A stretch of DNA of 64,000 nt from Paramecium tetraurelia (Eukaryota), in the NCBI GenBank assembly GCA_000165425.1, contig CT868013.1, positions 186,001 through 250,000 on the forward strand, given 5' to 3'. Under the pieces are notes generated by a model, which saw only the letters and a list, made by a program, of their open reading frames with translations, ran no database searches and was not told the origin of the DNA. This document shows positions 27,850 to 42,929 of this stretch, in pieces; the first letter of the stretch is position 1; each line of letters begins with the position of its first letter. The position numbers and the translations under genes are program-made.

Positions 27850-28581
27850 ATGTCTTACAAATATTATGAGGCCTTCGTATCCTCCAAGAGTAAATCTATT
27901 CCGTGTTGCAATAGTCTAAACTGCAATCTCTGTTTAGGGAAATACTACGTCTAAATCTAATAGGATGACATCAATCTCATTGATAGATTGATTTAGGATA
28001 AATTGCAAAGCAGAATGGCAGAGATCTAATCGAACATAAGAATCAATACAATTGATTAATTTTTAGATTATCATCAACGCAAGTACAACTACCAACTCAT
28101 TTATCTATTTGAAAATCTCACCAAAGGCAAACCTGGGTCACAAATCAATTTCAACTTTAGGTATAAAAATAATGGAACCATTGATTGGCCCAAAGATACC
28201 TATTTTAAATGTATGGAGCCTGGAGAATTCAAAGAACTGATATCATAAGTTACTCCCCTGCCATCTGGAGCTGAAGCAACATCAGAAATTTCATTCAAAA
28301 TACCCCTAATTGCACAAGGAGAATACAAGACTTGGTGGCGTTTATGTTGCAAAAGGAACCAAGAAGAAGTCTTATTTGGTCCTACTATTGAAATTCCCTG
28401 CATAGTCGAAGAGTCCATAGATGCTGCCAACTATCTTCTGCTCAAAGAACTTTAAAACAAAGGCCCTTCGTGGACAGACCCTTTAGATTTTAATAAGGCT
28501 CCCATGGTGCTCAAAGAAGCCAAAGACCAAAAATTAGACATGGATTAACTATACATTTTGTTATTAAAGGAGCAAAATTGA
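27850..28581 (+). CDS. NBR1-like FW (Ig-like) domain protein
   Basis: 732-nt frame; IKNNGTIDWPKDT...PLIAQGEYKTWWRL...FGPTI; N-terminal CCNSLNCNLCLG Cys cluster. Confidence 0.8.
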
Positions 28582-28623
28582 AAATTAACTTATTTCCTAT
28601 ATAACCAAAATACATCAGATATA

Positions 28624-29306
28624 TCACTGTTATACACACTCTAAATCCCCTTCCTTAGGTTTCTTCTTATTTAATTTGTCGAACTCCTGCCTAATCTAAT
28701 ACTCTCTCTCTAGTATTTGATCTGGTTTTGGGTACTAATAACTAAATAATGATGCTTTACAGACACAATTAGAGTATTGTTCTTGTACACATGAGTGACC
28801 TTCCCCTGTTCGAGCTTGAGATTTGCTCTCCTCATATCAGGAATAGCGAATCTTTTATAGTACTTTTTATTGGATGTTCTAATCACAATTTCTTGAGTAT
28901 TCTCATCCACTTCCACTTTATAAACATCCTCTGGATAATTCAGATTACGAACTCTATATTGGAAGTGCTGAGGAGTGTCCTTCCTAACAAATATGGGCTT
29001 CTGTAAATTAAATAGTTACATTTGCATTGGATAATTTCAACTCTCCTTATTGATCGATTGGAGCTTCTCCAACTTCATAAATCCATTAGGATTCCTTAAT
29101 ATTCGATACTCGCTTCCATTTTCTACCTGTTAGTTACTTATTATTCAAAACTTACTAATTAATTCATGATTGTTGATATCATATTCTTCTACAAGTTCAC
29201 TTTTGTCTTCGAATGTATAGTTTACTCTTCTCCTGCCACCTGCTATGACTGCAGTAATATGTGGTTTTCCCACAAACTAGAGATATTGATTATTTGAGGA
29301 TTGCAT
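28624..29306 (-). CDS. DPCD: DPCD protein
   Basis: GRRRVNYTFEDKSELVEEYD, WIYEVGE, PIFVRKDT...FQYRVRNL.YP, IVIRTSNKKYYKRFAIPD. Confidence 0.9.
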
Positions 29307-29418
29307 CTCTATTTAAAATAATATAATAAATAGTTAATAGATCTCTTTGATGAGTGTGGATGATTGTGAATTTTAGTACAACTCTGTATAAAATAACTGT
29401 CAATATATAAACTATGTA

Positions 29419-31328
29419 TCAAATATCAAGTTATTTTATCTTACTTCTGATTTCGATGTAGTGTCCAAAGGTCAGACGCACTGGTTTGCCATCAGCTATT
29501 TATTCGATTTTAGAATCTACAGCAAATCCATAATGATCTTCGAAACACTCTTGAATTAGGGATGCTAATTAAAAGTATGTGATCAAGTAATCCAATAATA
29601 TTACACCTCCTTCGATGTCTATTGGCAATAATTATTGGGTATCTTGGAATGTGATCTTCTATTCGAGTTAGTATTCAATCTCTTTGATTGCACTTCTGAG
29701 AATGGAGTTGAGAATTATGTAAAAAGATTCATACTCAGTAAAATTATCATCAAAAATTGCATCGAACTTTTTGTCAACAACCAACAATTATTTTTATTCT
29801 GGATTCTATAGACACAACCATACAGTATTGAATTGTAAAGTGTATTTTTGATTATACTAATTGATGGCTGAACTCAACTTACTAAACTAAGGATTCTAGA
29901 TATACTCTTAGAACTTATCTAAATTAAGAGCGTTGTGACCATCAATGACTTCTTTCAGATTATTCATTTTGACCATTATGTTCTTGTTCACTAGAAACAA
30001 CAATTTCTCTCTCAAATATTGAGTAGTAACAAATCGATATTTATCAATTAATGCTGCCACTCTATATAAATATCTGCAAAAGTTCATTTAAGCTACAATT
30101 ATGTAATCATTCTTCTTATTTTCATTCCATTCCTCATCTCTCTAACTAGAGTATTCCTGATTCATCGACTAATTGACTTGAGACTCCTTCCTTGATTCTT
30201 GGACTCTTTTAATCGATTTCAGAGGTTGTTACTAAATACAGCCTTGTTATTATCTAGGTATTGAAGATGTATTTTCTTTTCCGTAAGTGCTTTCCCTTGG
30301 TTACATCAACATCTACTATTTATTATGAGCCTCCCCTAAAGGAGATGTGGTATTGACACAACCATTACTCTAGATATTGTGGAATTGAATGTGATTTTGT
30401 TGACCACCATGACTACCTCTAAAAATACCCTAAAATCCATTCCCTTTAATCACTTGCAATTCTTATCTTTGTAACCAGACATGTCTTTCTAATTCTTCAA
30501 CTGTAGCTCTTCTGTTCTCATCAACTACCAGACACCTCTGAATAAAGTCTCTGCATTCATCTGAGAGATGTCCTGGGAAATTCACAGGCACAGTAGCCAT
30601 CCTCTAAGCTAATTCTCGTTCAGTCCCTGCTTGCCATGGAACTTACCCAAATAGTAATTCAAATAAACTAACACCCAAAGCCCAAATATCAGACTTTTCA
30701 GAATATCTATTTTTAAATGCCTGAGGGCTCATGTACAATGGAGATCCAACATTTACATTGGGCATGGTGGCAACAGTCTAAGGAGTAGTGGCAAATCCAA
30801 AATCTGCTATCTTAGGAACCTGTCCTTTTAATAGAATATTGGCTGGCTTGAGATCTCTATGTACAATACCTAAGATGAGAGGCTAAATTTACCCTTTTGC
30901 TTCATCTATTTATATCCCTATATTATTCCTTAGAACAACCTTTGTAACTATGATTCTTTCTATGCTCCTTGTTTGGTTAATAATGAACCCAAATCCCCAG
31001 AGTCACAATACTCTGTTATTAGATAGGTATTGTTCTCAGTGTAATAAACCTTGTATAATCTCATGATATTGTTTGAGTTTAGTTGGGAAAGAGCTTCCAC
31101 TTCTGACCTCAACAATTGATAATGTAAGGGTGTTTTAAGTCCCTTCTTATCAATGACCTTTATTGCCACAATTTCATTAGTTTCATCATTCCTGCCTCTA
31201 TACACAATAGAACTGAAACCCTTTCCAATGGCATCTGTAAGTGCATAGCTGAAGTTCTCAATAACTTTTCTGGCATTGCTCGGAACGGGTGTCATTGGCA
31301 TTTATCTTTATTGCTGTTAGACCAACAT
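29419..31328 (-). CDS. Ser/Thr protein kinase (ULK/CAMK-like)
   Basis: [44 protein letters not shown]. Confidence 0.92.
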
Positions 31329-31443
31329 TGTGTAGTTTATTTTTAATTTTTAATTTCAACGGTAAAAGTACAAAAAGGTTATCCTAATAACACTCTTATA
31401 ATATTTATAATTATCTTAGATATTTAACAATGTCAATAATACA

Positions 31444-33339
31444 TCATTTCAAACACTTCGCCTGTAAGAGGTCCTTGTATTTAGATGTGCCAGGTAAACC
31501 ATCATCCATAATCAATCTAAACAGATTTTTTGGACTGATACTTATGTTTGGTTCCAACCTACTATAATATGCTTGATTAATCTCTTTCTCCAATTTCTGA
31601 CCTAACAGTTCTTTTATTTTTAATTTCTCTTTTGATACCTTCTCTAAAACACTATCAATTATCTTTCTAAATCTTATATATCTACTTCTTAAATAGGCAT
31701 TGGATATTTCTACCATATCTTAAACCATTTTTGTATGTTGCTTAATTCGTGCCTCAGTAGTCTTGAGAGTCTATGGGTTGTAATTGATTTCCATTATATG
31801 AAGTTTCAGGTCATCTGTTAAGAGGAAATCAGCAGCAAAGAACTCTCCTAATTTGCTATCTTTGACAAAAGTCTATTGTGTGCTTCTGATTGCATGAATA
31901 ATCATTCTATCAACTTAAGGTAACAATTCTTATTTTAACCACTTTCTATTCTTTATTTTACCCTATTTTAACAAGAGTTCCTATAAATAATCAAGTTTCC
32001 AATCTATATAAAGATCTTGCAAATTGGTTTCATCAGGAATAGATTTATTATTATTTTAGGTCTAATTAATAGTGCTATCAGTAGTTTTTGTTGTTTAGGT
32101 ATTTGTTGTAGTTTTCTCTGTAGATTTTGTAATAAGTTCATCATTATCATTGTTATCATTCTCATCATTTTCATCATTTTCTGATTCCTTCAACATCGAA
32201 TACAAAGTCTTCTTAACAATTGCTGTGTTACAAACATGAGCTCCTTTGAGTGTTGAGAATTTATCGAATGGATAAATACATCTTCTTATGAGTGTTTTAT
32301 CATATGCATATGCAATCAAGGGATTAGTAGATACCACAATCCAATAAACCCTAAACTCTATTTTATGTCCCTTAAACAAGAATGGATTTCCTATGTATTA
32401 TTAAGCTAATTTATAGGTTTTAATCTCTCCACAAGCATATCCATTCTGAAATTTCTCCCTTAACTATTCAGTTTCTTCAGGAAACAACATTGTTATGCCT
32501 CTCCCTCTATGGACTTCTAATCCCATTTTAACAATAAATTAAGGCCCTTCTTTTTTTACTTTGTTCTGATATTCGGTTGAGTTCAAGTAAGAGAAAAACT
32601 ACTTACATTCAGCCTCCTCAAAGAGTCTGTAGGTTTTGGGCATAAAAGTGGCATTGGCCTAAATATTATCACATCTATTACAATGCAATCCTTATGGAGG
32701 CCTTTATTTTTGATATCTTTTAAATAATTGAGCTAATTGGTCATCAACTAATTTTTATGGGATAAAGAGGATCTTTAAGGTAAATGGTTATAGTTTTGAA
32801 AGAGACACAATGAACCTATTGTTAATGCTAAAATAATATACTTAATCCTACTTTAAATGTAAATAGTAATTAATCGTAATAAGCGTATGGTAGTGTTAAT
32901 TACAAGGGAAATTTATATTTATGAGGTACTAAAAATGAAGTTATGCTTACAATCTTTGTTTCTTTTGTGGAGTGTGACATTTGGTAATACGTCGAAAAAG
33001 TGCTGTTAAAGTGCTTGTTTTATTAGACCTGGATATTCTCTAAATGTATAGGTGTCCATCATAATGGAATCAGGATGATAATATTTGTAGGTATCTGAAC
33101 GTATGCAGTAATCATTCTCTGGTTATACAAGAAGCGAATTGAACTACTTAGAAATAATTAGTTACTTATCTATCATATGACTAAGGATTATAATAATTTT
33201 ATGATATAAACTTATTCAAGAAACCAATTAATATTTCAACATCCTTTTGTTATTTATAGGTGACTATTTATGTGTACAATAAACCTATGAATGTTAATGA
33301 TAGGGAAGAAACCAACAAAGTAATTATATTTGCTATCAT
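31444..33339 (-). CDS. tubulin-tyrosine-ligase-like (ATP-grasp) protein with N-terminal hydrophobic segment
   Basis: FMPKTYRL, HRGRGI, QQYIGNPFLFKGHKIEFRVYWIV, HVCNTAI, FFAADFLL...IMEINYNP; N-terminus MIANIITLLVSSLSLTFIGLLY. Confidence 0.85.
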
Positions 33340-34058
33340 AATTAATAATAATTACACGTAAATATTTAATTTCAATTACAATTCGAGATTTTTAGTTGAT
33401 TATCTATGAATGGATTCTTATGCAGTATCTTATCTGTAATAATATATTCCAATAAACTCATCAATTACTTAAATTACATCTATTCACTAATTTTTGAATT
33501 AAATGATTTAATATTATACATATTTAAAGATAGAAGTTGAATTGTAATTAGTTTTATGTGGATAATACCTATTTCAAACTAAATTTGTTAAAAATAACTG
33601 AAAATTGATAGTATTCTTACTAGATCCAAATGAATTAAATATTAAATAAATTATTATAGAATTGATATTACAAAATAATTATCATTATCAAAGTAATCTA
33701 GAATTTATACTGATCCTAAATTATAAATTATACTTTGAGATTAATGGTTCAGTATGTTATGAATATAATTAAATAAAATTTAGTTTGTTCTTCAAATAAA
33801 TATTTTGAATTAACAAAACATTATCTAGGCAATTCATTTAAATCTAGAGTGGAATATATAATATTAATTCAATATCTGGCCAATATTGTAAAAATCTCTG
33901 TTTATGAGTTTATTAGTTAACAGACCAATCTCTGATAGCATAGATTGATAAATTTATTTAGGCTTATATTTTTTATTGCAAAATTTCTTATTCCGAAAAT
34001 AGTTAATGAGGTTATAAATAATACTATGATTTTCTAATTAAAATATTTATAAATAAAT

Positions 34059-34524
34059 ATGTTTTATGGTATATAATTATCTGCAGGGGAATCATAAACT
34101 ATTCAGAAGAGAGATGACCACAATTAATTTGTATTATCATAAGCAGTTTTGGTTAAAGGAACCAACCTTAATGTATTAATGAATGGAATAGTCATAGCCT
34201 CATTGAATCAAGTATGATTATATTGCTCCATAGAAAATCTCCTAAATGCCACTTAGAATTAAGATCACACCTGAATAATAACCAGCTAAGCTTGAAGCTA
34301 AAGGAAATGGATCTGTTCATCTTTGTGGATATTACATGCAATTTGAATTAGAAAATGAAGATGCTGATTTACAATCAGTGGCCCAATTATTAAAATAAAG
34401 TAATCTAGCCACTCAACCTCCAGTCCAAAAGGCACCTGCTATTCCCATTAAGAAAACTGAAACCTAACCAAAATGGGATGAAATGGATTGGGAAGATGAA
34501 TAATTCTAAAAGAGAGTTAAATGA
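34059..34524 (+). CDS. nucleoplasmin-like (NPL) domain protein
   Basis: MFYGIQL...LSQAVL...GNGSVHLCGYY then acidic/basic tail; 22-nt intron 34212-34233 restores frame. Confidence 0.82.
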
Positions 34525-34845
34525 TATATATTAAGAATGTGTAATATTAATATGTGACACTTTATACATAATTTACCCTAATTATATTATAAATATGATC
34601 ACAATTTTTGTATGTTTTATAAGAAAATTGAAAGCTTAGGAATTCTAGTTATTCATATATTATTTTTCTAATTACAGCAGATTATTATCCAAGCAATTTT
34701 TGGAATTCCAGAAAGTGAGAGAACACTCTTTTATTTAATCTGGAAATACTAAAAGGAATAAAATATAATTATAGAGTGTAATTATTAAGTATTTTCTTAT
34801 TTAATTCAATTATATTGTAAATTCCCCATTGATTAATAATTTCCT

Positions 34846-37800
34846 ATGCAGAACAAGATATTGATGTAATATAAAACACCCCCCCCCAGATTTCAAAATA
34901 ACTTCATAATTACAGTATATTAAGAACTTATATATATATCAAACTAGGTTTAAGTAAAAATTAATTTCAAATCTTCATGTATCATGTTGTTTAAATATAA
35001 ACAGTTTTGGAATGAATTAGATGCCTTTCTTCTGCAACATTCAAATAGAATATCAGCATAGCTTAAATATTTCCAATGGACAGTAGTAATCTAATAGTAA
35101 AATCCTTATACTTGAGTCTTTACAAATGTGTTAATATTAGCTAGTTGAATGTGGTGTAATTTGATGGATTGGGCATTTCAGAGGAGATTACCTTGGTTAT
35201 GATTTCAATAATAAGATAATGTCCTTAAATGATTGTACTCTCTATAAATATATGATGCAAATTAATGCAATAAATTATAATTAATGAAACAAAATAAAGT
35301 TCGCACAAAGTCTTAACATGATTGTCGGGATTAGAGTGAATTGGGTTACAAGAAAATAATTGTGGATGATTCTCCTCAGGATTTCCATCAAAAAAGACAC
35401 TTACTGTAGTAATTACAACAGAATTTAAAGACAACCAGCATGTCATTTAGTAAAGTAATTATTGCCAATCTAGAAATAAGTCTTAAGCAACATCGAGATT
35501 ACTGATATATTTAAATGATATGACCACGAAATTGACTCAAATAGAATCAAATCTTGATTTGCAAGAATGCTAGACTTTAGAACATCTCATTCAAGACATG
35601 GTTTCATAGTACTCATCAATTCCAATACTAAACCAATCGCAATCGAAGCTCAGATTGCAACAACCCTAAAAGCAATGGAATGTTAGTGTGAAGTAAGATT
35701 AGTTCCGATAATAAAACTAGATAATTGGAATCTTTGATCCATCAATGTGTAATTGTCTTAAATAAATTCCTGATGGATTTGGATTACTCGCATTTGAAGG
35801 TGTTCCAAATATTCATGAATAAACAAATCTAGTATCTGTTATGTTGTTATGTAGACATTTACAAAAAAAGAAAGATCAAATATTAAAAGACAATCTTTCA
35901 GTTTGTAGAATTTGTGACTAGGAAATAAATATGAATACAATGTAATAACATAGTTAAGGTTGTTTAGAAAAGGCAAACATTAAAAGATTATTAGTTTAAG
36001 AGAACTTAATTCTTGCTTCTATTTCAGAAAAAGCATATCAAGTAAAGCATGACATTCAAGTCAAATAAGGAATGAAATTGTAACCTTTATTATCATTAAA
36101 TACTAGAATGAAGGAGTTGAAGAATCAATCTAAAAGAGTAATTAGGCAAGATGACGTTAAAGAAGAAGAGTTGGGATCAATCAATTAAGCATTGTCATCC
36201 ATATATCAACATGCAGAAAAGATATTCAATCAACCTGAAAATGAAGAACTCAAATGTATTCAATTTCTTATATCATTAAGCTAATATGTTATTAGTATCA
36301 GAATTATCAATAGCATTGTTAAATATTTCTCATTAATAGAGTAAATAAATTATAATTGATGCTTAAAATTCATTAAAAAATAGAATTGAGCATCTCAAAA
36401 AAATCCAATTAATACAAAATAAAGAAACAGAATCCTAAATAGATTCTATCAAAAAGAATTTCCTAAACAAAGCTAACTCCATCTCCTTTATCCACTCCAA
36501 GTTTTCAAATCAATTAAACCAAAACCCTTTGATGAAATAGGGTTCTCTTCAACCTAAATCCAAAGCAGTCAAAAATCTATTTGAAAAAACCAAGACTGTT
36601 CATCTGACTCCAGATGTTCCCACTAGACCATAATAGATTTAAAAAATGAGTAAATTTAAAATGGAGAAATAGAAGGATGAAGAGGAAGAAGATGATGAAG
36701 ATTTCAATTCCAAATAAATACTAAAAACTGAAGTCATAGAAGATGATGATGTTGATATGAATGTCTAAAAGGAAATCTTCAAAGAAAAAGGCTATAATTC
36801 TGATAGCGAAGTTGTCACTTTCAAAGAAAGTCAAAATAATACCACAGTAAGAATGGCTGATTTTGATATTATTAAACCACTAGGCCAAGGTGCTTTCGGA
36901 GGAGTCTTACTGTGCAAAAAGAAGACATCCTAAGATTTATACGCAATCAAAATTATCGATTGTGCTAATTCATCTTTAGAAACTCTAAAAGCTGAACGTA
37001 ATATCTTCGAAATATTGACTGGTGACTTTGTGGTTAAAGCCTACTATTCCTTTGTTCACGATCACTACTATTGTTTTGTCTAAGAGTATATGGTTGGAGG
37101 TGACTTTGCCAATATTCTCAAAGTCTATGGAGCACTTGACGAAGCATATGTTCAATTCTACTTGGCTGAAATCGTCTTAGCATTGGAATACTTGAGGAAG
37201 AATAACATTGTTCATAGAGACTTAAAACCTGATAACATACTATTAGATAGTTAAGGTCATGCCAAATTGGCTGATTTTGGGTTGTCTGCCTAAGGTATGA
37301 ACACCAAATTGAAGAAGTAATTGCAAAGGTAGTAGAATTTTAAAATTAAAGGAATTGTTGGAGATATGATTCAAAATCTTCAAATCAATTATGAACCATA
37401 ATACAACATCCATAAATCTCTCAAAAAACAATCGGTCGAAACCAAAGCCATAGTGGGGACTCCAGATTACATTTCTCCTGAAATTATCAAAGGAGTGTCT
37501 TCCGATAATTATAGTACAGATTACTGGAGTCTAGGCGTCATCATGTACGAATTGTTGGTGGGAGTACCACCTTTCAATGATACTACAGTTGAGAGACTAT
37601 TTGATAATATATTGAATTTGAGAATGGAATGGCCACAAATAGGGTCTGAGGAAGACTGCATATCTCATAATGCTGCTGATTTGATTAAATAGTTGATGGA
37701 GCCTGAATTTACTAAGAGAATTGGACACAATAACATTTAGGAGATCAAAGATCACCCTTTTTTCGATGGAATTGATTGGAATTAATTAAGAAAAATGCCA

Positions 37801-38073
37801 GGCTTGATTGTTCCGAGAATGGTAATTACTGGAAATGAAAAACCAAATTCAGACAAAATTGATGCATTTCTGAAAAACATGAATAAGTAGGATGACAAAT
37901 ACTAAAAAATAGCTTAAAACATTAAAAAAGAACTCTAGAATTTTGAACGGATTGATTTATTGTAATAGAAGAGTATTGAAGAAGCATAGATTAAGAAAAA
38001 AAAATAATAATTATTAATAAAGGATATAGAATAATAAATACAAAAATTTCAAAGTTAAATATAGATCAAATGA
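34846..38073 (+). CDS. AGC kinase of Rim15/Cek1/IRE/MAST type
   Basis: CRIC...HS..C zinc finger; [30 protein letters not shown], long insert, [19 protein letters not shown]; start uncertain. Confidence 0.9.
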
Positions 38074-38229
38074 GTTATTGTTATTACAATGTATATATAG
38101 TTTATCCAATTTCATCATTGTTTAAGAGCATATAATATACTTAAACAACATTAAATCAATAATTTGATGACAAATTAAAATTCTTTCTCTAATTATTTTA
38201 TTTATTGTTGAATACAACATGAAGATGTC

Positions 38230-38464
38230 ATGAAAAAATCAATTACATTATAGAAATACATATACATAAAGTAACATAATTAAATTAAAAAAAATAATAC
38301 AAATGAATAAGTACGCTAAATCAAAGGAAGAAGCTGAAATCACTTTACAAGCTATTTCAGATTACAATAAGACATAGAAATAGAAAACTTATGGCATTGT
38401 GGCTTTTTTAAGTATTCTAACAATCATAAGCTATGTTTTGGTATTATTGTACCATTATAAATGA
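38230..38464 (+). CDS. small tail-anchored membrane protein (SNARE-like?)
   Basis: MNKYAKSKEEAEITLQAISDYNK...YGIVAFLSILTIISYVLVLLYHYK-stop; 5' structure unclear. Confidence 0.35.
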
Positions 38465-38489
38465 TTTATAAATATTTATATAACATCAT

Positions 38490-39317
38490 TCATTTCAATT
38501 CTGGCTAAACCGATTTAAGGAAAGCTTCCAAATGTTGTCCTTAATATTTGAGGAATTCTATTTCCTATTTCCTTTTTTATTCTTCAATTTGATTTCTCTC
38601 CTTAATCTTTTTATCCAACGAATCCTTCTTATTAAGTAAATCGATTCTCTAAATAAAATGCATTTGATACTTTCTCCTCCAATTTCTATTTCCTCTGTTC
38701 CAACTAGACAATCTTTTCTTCTAATTCACTTTTGCCCATTTCAGCTTATAATTATTTTCGCATTCCGAAAGTAACTGAAGAATTGTATAAGGTTTAATAT
38801 GCTGCAATAGTCATCTTGAGTTCATCCCTCACTCTCATCAATAATAAGCCTAATTAAGAATAGATGAAATTGAATACCCCTTTCAGGACAATCGATTGTA
38901 ACTTATCTGATGATTTCATCAAAACATTGACTCAACAATTCTTCTCTTATTGGACAAATACCAGTTTCTCTAGAATAAGGCTTTAGAATTAAAAATACCT
39001 GGCTTATCGAGCTAATAATCGTTCATCCAAGAGTTTTTGTAAATTGCCAACATCTTCTCTGGTAGCCGCCACATGTGACACATACTGTATATAATGTTTT
39101 CCTTCATGATCCCATTCAATTGGTGGCAAAATAGCATTCAAAATGTCCTTGATTTTTCAAACATATGTATTACTTCTGTATTTGGCTTTGACTCTAAAGG
39201 AGATAACTAAGCTTTCTTTTTTCCTTAAAGTCCTCTGGAGGCATCATTAGCATTGCTGACTTCAATGGGATTCTCGTATTTGACCAAAGATTCTCTTGGA
39301 GGTTTGACTTCTTGCAT
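38490..39317 (-). CDS. DNALI1: axonemal dynein light intermediate chain p28
   Basis: SLVKYENP, ILNAILPP.EW, ATREDV, RQARETGICPIREEL.SQCFDEIIRQVTIDCPERG, AAYQTLYNSSVTFGMRK. Confidence 0.96.
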
Positions 39318-39349
39318 GAATTGATTAATTAAAATAATATAAATTATAT

Positions 39350-41701
39350 TCACATCTGTTATTTTTGTAACAAATTTCTTATTCTACTCAATGATTACCC
39401 TACACTCATGAGTCTCTTATTCCTCTTATACAATTCAAATTGCTTGAGAATTTAATCTGCAAGTATTTGAGTCTATGGAATAGTCTATCGCACACTCTTC
39501 CTCTCAGTCATAGAGCCTTTTATTAGTAATTATTTAGTCTCCTTTTTTTCAGCCGACTTGGGTTGAAATTGTTACTTTAATTCCACTTAATTGGGTTCTG
39601 TATTAGTTCTTCTTCTAATCGGAAGTGTTTTCTTTACCTCACAACGACTTTCAGATAGGTCTTGCTTGGTTCTTGGGAAAACATAATTTTTGTTTATTTG
39701 ACTTCGCATGAACTTTTCTTCAATGGCTGCCTTAAAATCAGGATAACCATTCACATAAACATTGATTTATGGTTTATATGCATAAATTTTAGTTTATTTA
39801 TTCATATTAATTAATCATGAATTAGTTTCCTTTCTGCAATCTTTAATTTTGGTAGACTTATCCTTTCCTCTTCCACAGTCCTGTTTAACAAATTATAGGA
39901 GTTTTTCTTTGAAGGTTTCGGAAACTTTCCATTTAATGGCATGGAAGAATTCAGATTATTTTTGAATTACAACTACTCCAACAATTCTAATCTCTCAATT
40001 ACTCTCTTCCTCTCACTCATCAATCTCTTTTCCCTCTACAACATCTGTTCACTGGCTTCCACATACCCCAACTTGGTTTGCACTTTATTTCCTCTATCCT
40101 TGTAACGAACAGTCACCTCAGTCTTCTGCATGCTTGGATTGCTCACTATCAATAGACCATTATTCGAGAGCTACGTCTACTAATAGGTATTGTATTGCTT
40201 ATCAATTTCTGATCCTGAAAATCCTTCTTCAGACCCATGTTTAATCAAGTGAGAACTTTCTGAGTTTTCATGAGATTAAGATTACAGCTTTTATAATTCC
40301 TCTCTCATCTTCCTATTTTCTTACATCAATTTCTCAACTTCATTCACTGATAAATTTGCTTATCTCAATCTCTCATTCTCTTCTTAGATTTTCATTAACT
40401 TGAAATGAATGTCATTACTATTCAACCCTTTTCTCTTCATATTAAGCAATTGTTTCAAATAGTCAATCTATATTCAATTATATTATCTACCTCTTTTAAT
40501 AATTTATTAACCAATTCTTGATCAGTTGCATTAATCGAATTCGCTTATACTATTTGAGTAATATTTCGAGCTCGTTAAGCAAACTTCAATGAATTTGCAG
40601 TCTCATCTATATTGTAAATATTTGGAGCAACATTCACAAATATATTAGTTAATGTATTCCCACCGAGACTATCTTACAATAATCTTGTGATCTTTGATTC
40701 TCTGTATGGAATTGGCAATTTGTTAATGTTTTTATTGTTTTGAGATAAATTTTGGATTACCTTTCCTAGAGTAGTGAGAGATTAATTGATGCTCTTTAAT
40801 TCATTCAAGTGAGCACTGGTCATTGAATCTTATTTATTAATCTTTTCTGAACCAGCTAAATCACATAAATTGATTTTGGATCTCAATAACTATCCACCTG
40901 AATCAGCCTTGCTTGTTTCAATCAGCAATTGAAATATAGTGTGACTTCTACTCGACTTTAAATTCATTGTTGTTTGCCTGATCATTCTGTTCTTCTCTCC
41001 TCTCTTCATCAATGTCAAGCAATCATATAAATTATTCACTGCATATTCAGTCAATTGTTCTAAAATCTCTGATTATATTTACCAACATAAATCCCTTCTG
41101 TTTTTGATTCATGAATCTATAGAGCTTGAGGAACTTTATGATCTTGCAATAAGTCATAAATCTTCTCATTGTAGATTTGCAAGAATGAACAGTAAACATA
41201 ATACCCTTATTGTAAATTATTAAACAGAGTATAAATAGTTCTGGGTATCATACCTGCATGATTCTAATCTGTTTATAAATCATCAATGAATGTCGATTAA
41301 TGGCCCAAACTTATATTCAGTGAATATTCCCAGTCACTTCCAAACATTGTATGTGTTTTACCTGTTTAAGAACTACAGAAATACCACTGCCTGTTTGCCC
41401 ATATGCCATAATTGTTGTATTGTATCCTTACAATGCTTTATGAATGGTAGGAGATATGAATTTGAATATTTCCGCCTACGACACTTTGTCATCAAACACT
41501 TGATCATATTCCTACTTCAGTATATGTGTAGATTGTTCAATCACAACATATTTTTGCTATTTTTTAGGAACAAATTACTACTTGATCAGTTTTAATTATG
41601 CATTCCTATCCCAACTCTTTTTTCAATAAAGGCCTTACTCTTACATATACTTTTATTGATTGTTGTTACAAGGATGATTTATTTAATTTTGATTGTTACA
41701 T
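39350..41701 (-). CDS. kinesin motor protein (N-terminal motor)
   Basis: IKVYVRVRP, AYGQTGSG|KT, NLKSSRSH, CDLAGSEK, IPYRESKITRLLQDSLGGN. Confidence 0.95.
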
Positions 41702-41730
41702 TTATTATAAATGAAAATATATATAAATTA

Positions 41731-42894
41731 TCATCTAATCCTTTATGGAGATGTAACCTGACTAATTATCTATTCTAGATTCTTTCTTTATTGTGGTGAT
41801 TGAACTCTTGCCAAAAGATTGTCCAAAACTTCTTCATGTTAACTACTTTCACTTTTCTATGTTTTCTTAATAGATTAAATCAGATGTTAAATGCCATTTG
41901 ATATTTTATTCACCTTATGTGATTTTTTTTCAGAAGAATTCTATTATTTGTTTCCAATCATAACTCTAGTTTTTAAGTGAATGTTTTTGATCAGAATCCT
42001 TTGATCAACGATTTAGATATCTTCATTGGAGTATGGAGGATACAGATAATCTTATTTCTGAATTGATAAGATTTGATTCCTTTCGAATTGACCTTCCGTC
42101 AATTATTTAGAATTGTAATTTAAATAAAAACCTTAAGATTAATAACAATAATTACCTTAACCTTAAAAGAATCCATTTTTTAATAGTCCATCATAGATGT
42201 CTCCGCTCTTAAAGATGATTTTTCCCTTTCCATTGAGTGATCCATTTTGAAACCATCCCAAATCTACTCTTCCATTATTATATTAAATCACTCCCAAACC
42301 AGTTAGATCAATTTGTAAGCCATAAACAACTCTATCGTTATGAATATAAATTTATGGTAAATGATCTTTCAACATCATTTGAATATCCTCAATTTATTAA
42401 GGTTCTTCATATAAACATACTCGTATGCCGTCTTTGTATTAGACAACTTCTTTTCCTCTTCTACCAATTTTATTACCGACTCCTTATTATTTGCCTAATT
42501 TGAAATGTCCTTAGTAGAGTTATCCATTTTAATACTAGAGTTCACATTTACCATCAGCAAGTCCTTCCTTAAACTCACCTCTAATATAACCTCCAACATT
42601 AAAGAAATACACTCCAAATCCATGAATGGCATTATTTTTCCATTCCCCATAATAGAAACCTCCATTATTAAAATGACATGACCCAATACCATTAGGTTTA
42701 TTCATTTTAAGCTATCCCCAATACTATCCATTTGATAATTTAAGATGTTAAAATGGTTAGGATTTTTCTATAACAGAATTGATAGAACTATATAATGTAG
42801 AATTGCGATTGAATGACTAATTTTCTTTATCTCTCCACTTTTTAATGATTAGATCATGGCTGTTATTTTAGGACGTGCTTTCATCATTATTCAT
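41731..42894 (-). CDS. MORN-repeat protein
   Basis: YWGQLKMNKPNGIG, YYGEWENNAIHGFG, YDGLLKNG repeats. Confidence 0.85.
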
Positions 42895-42929
42895 GTGTTT
42901 GTATTCGTTAAAATTAATTTAAAATAAGA

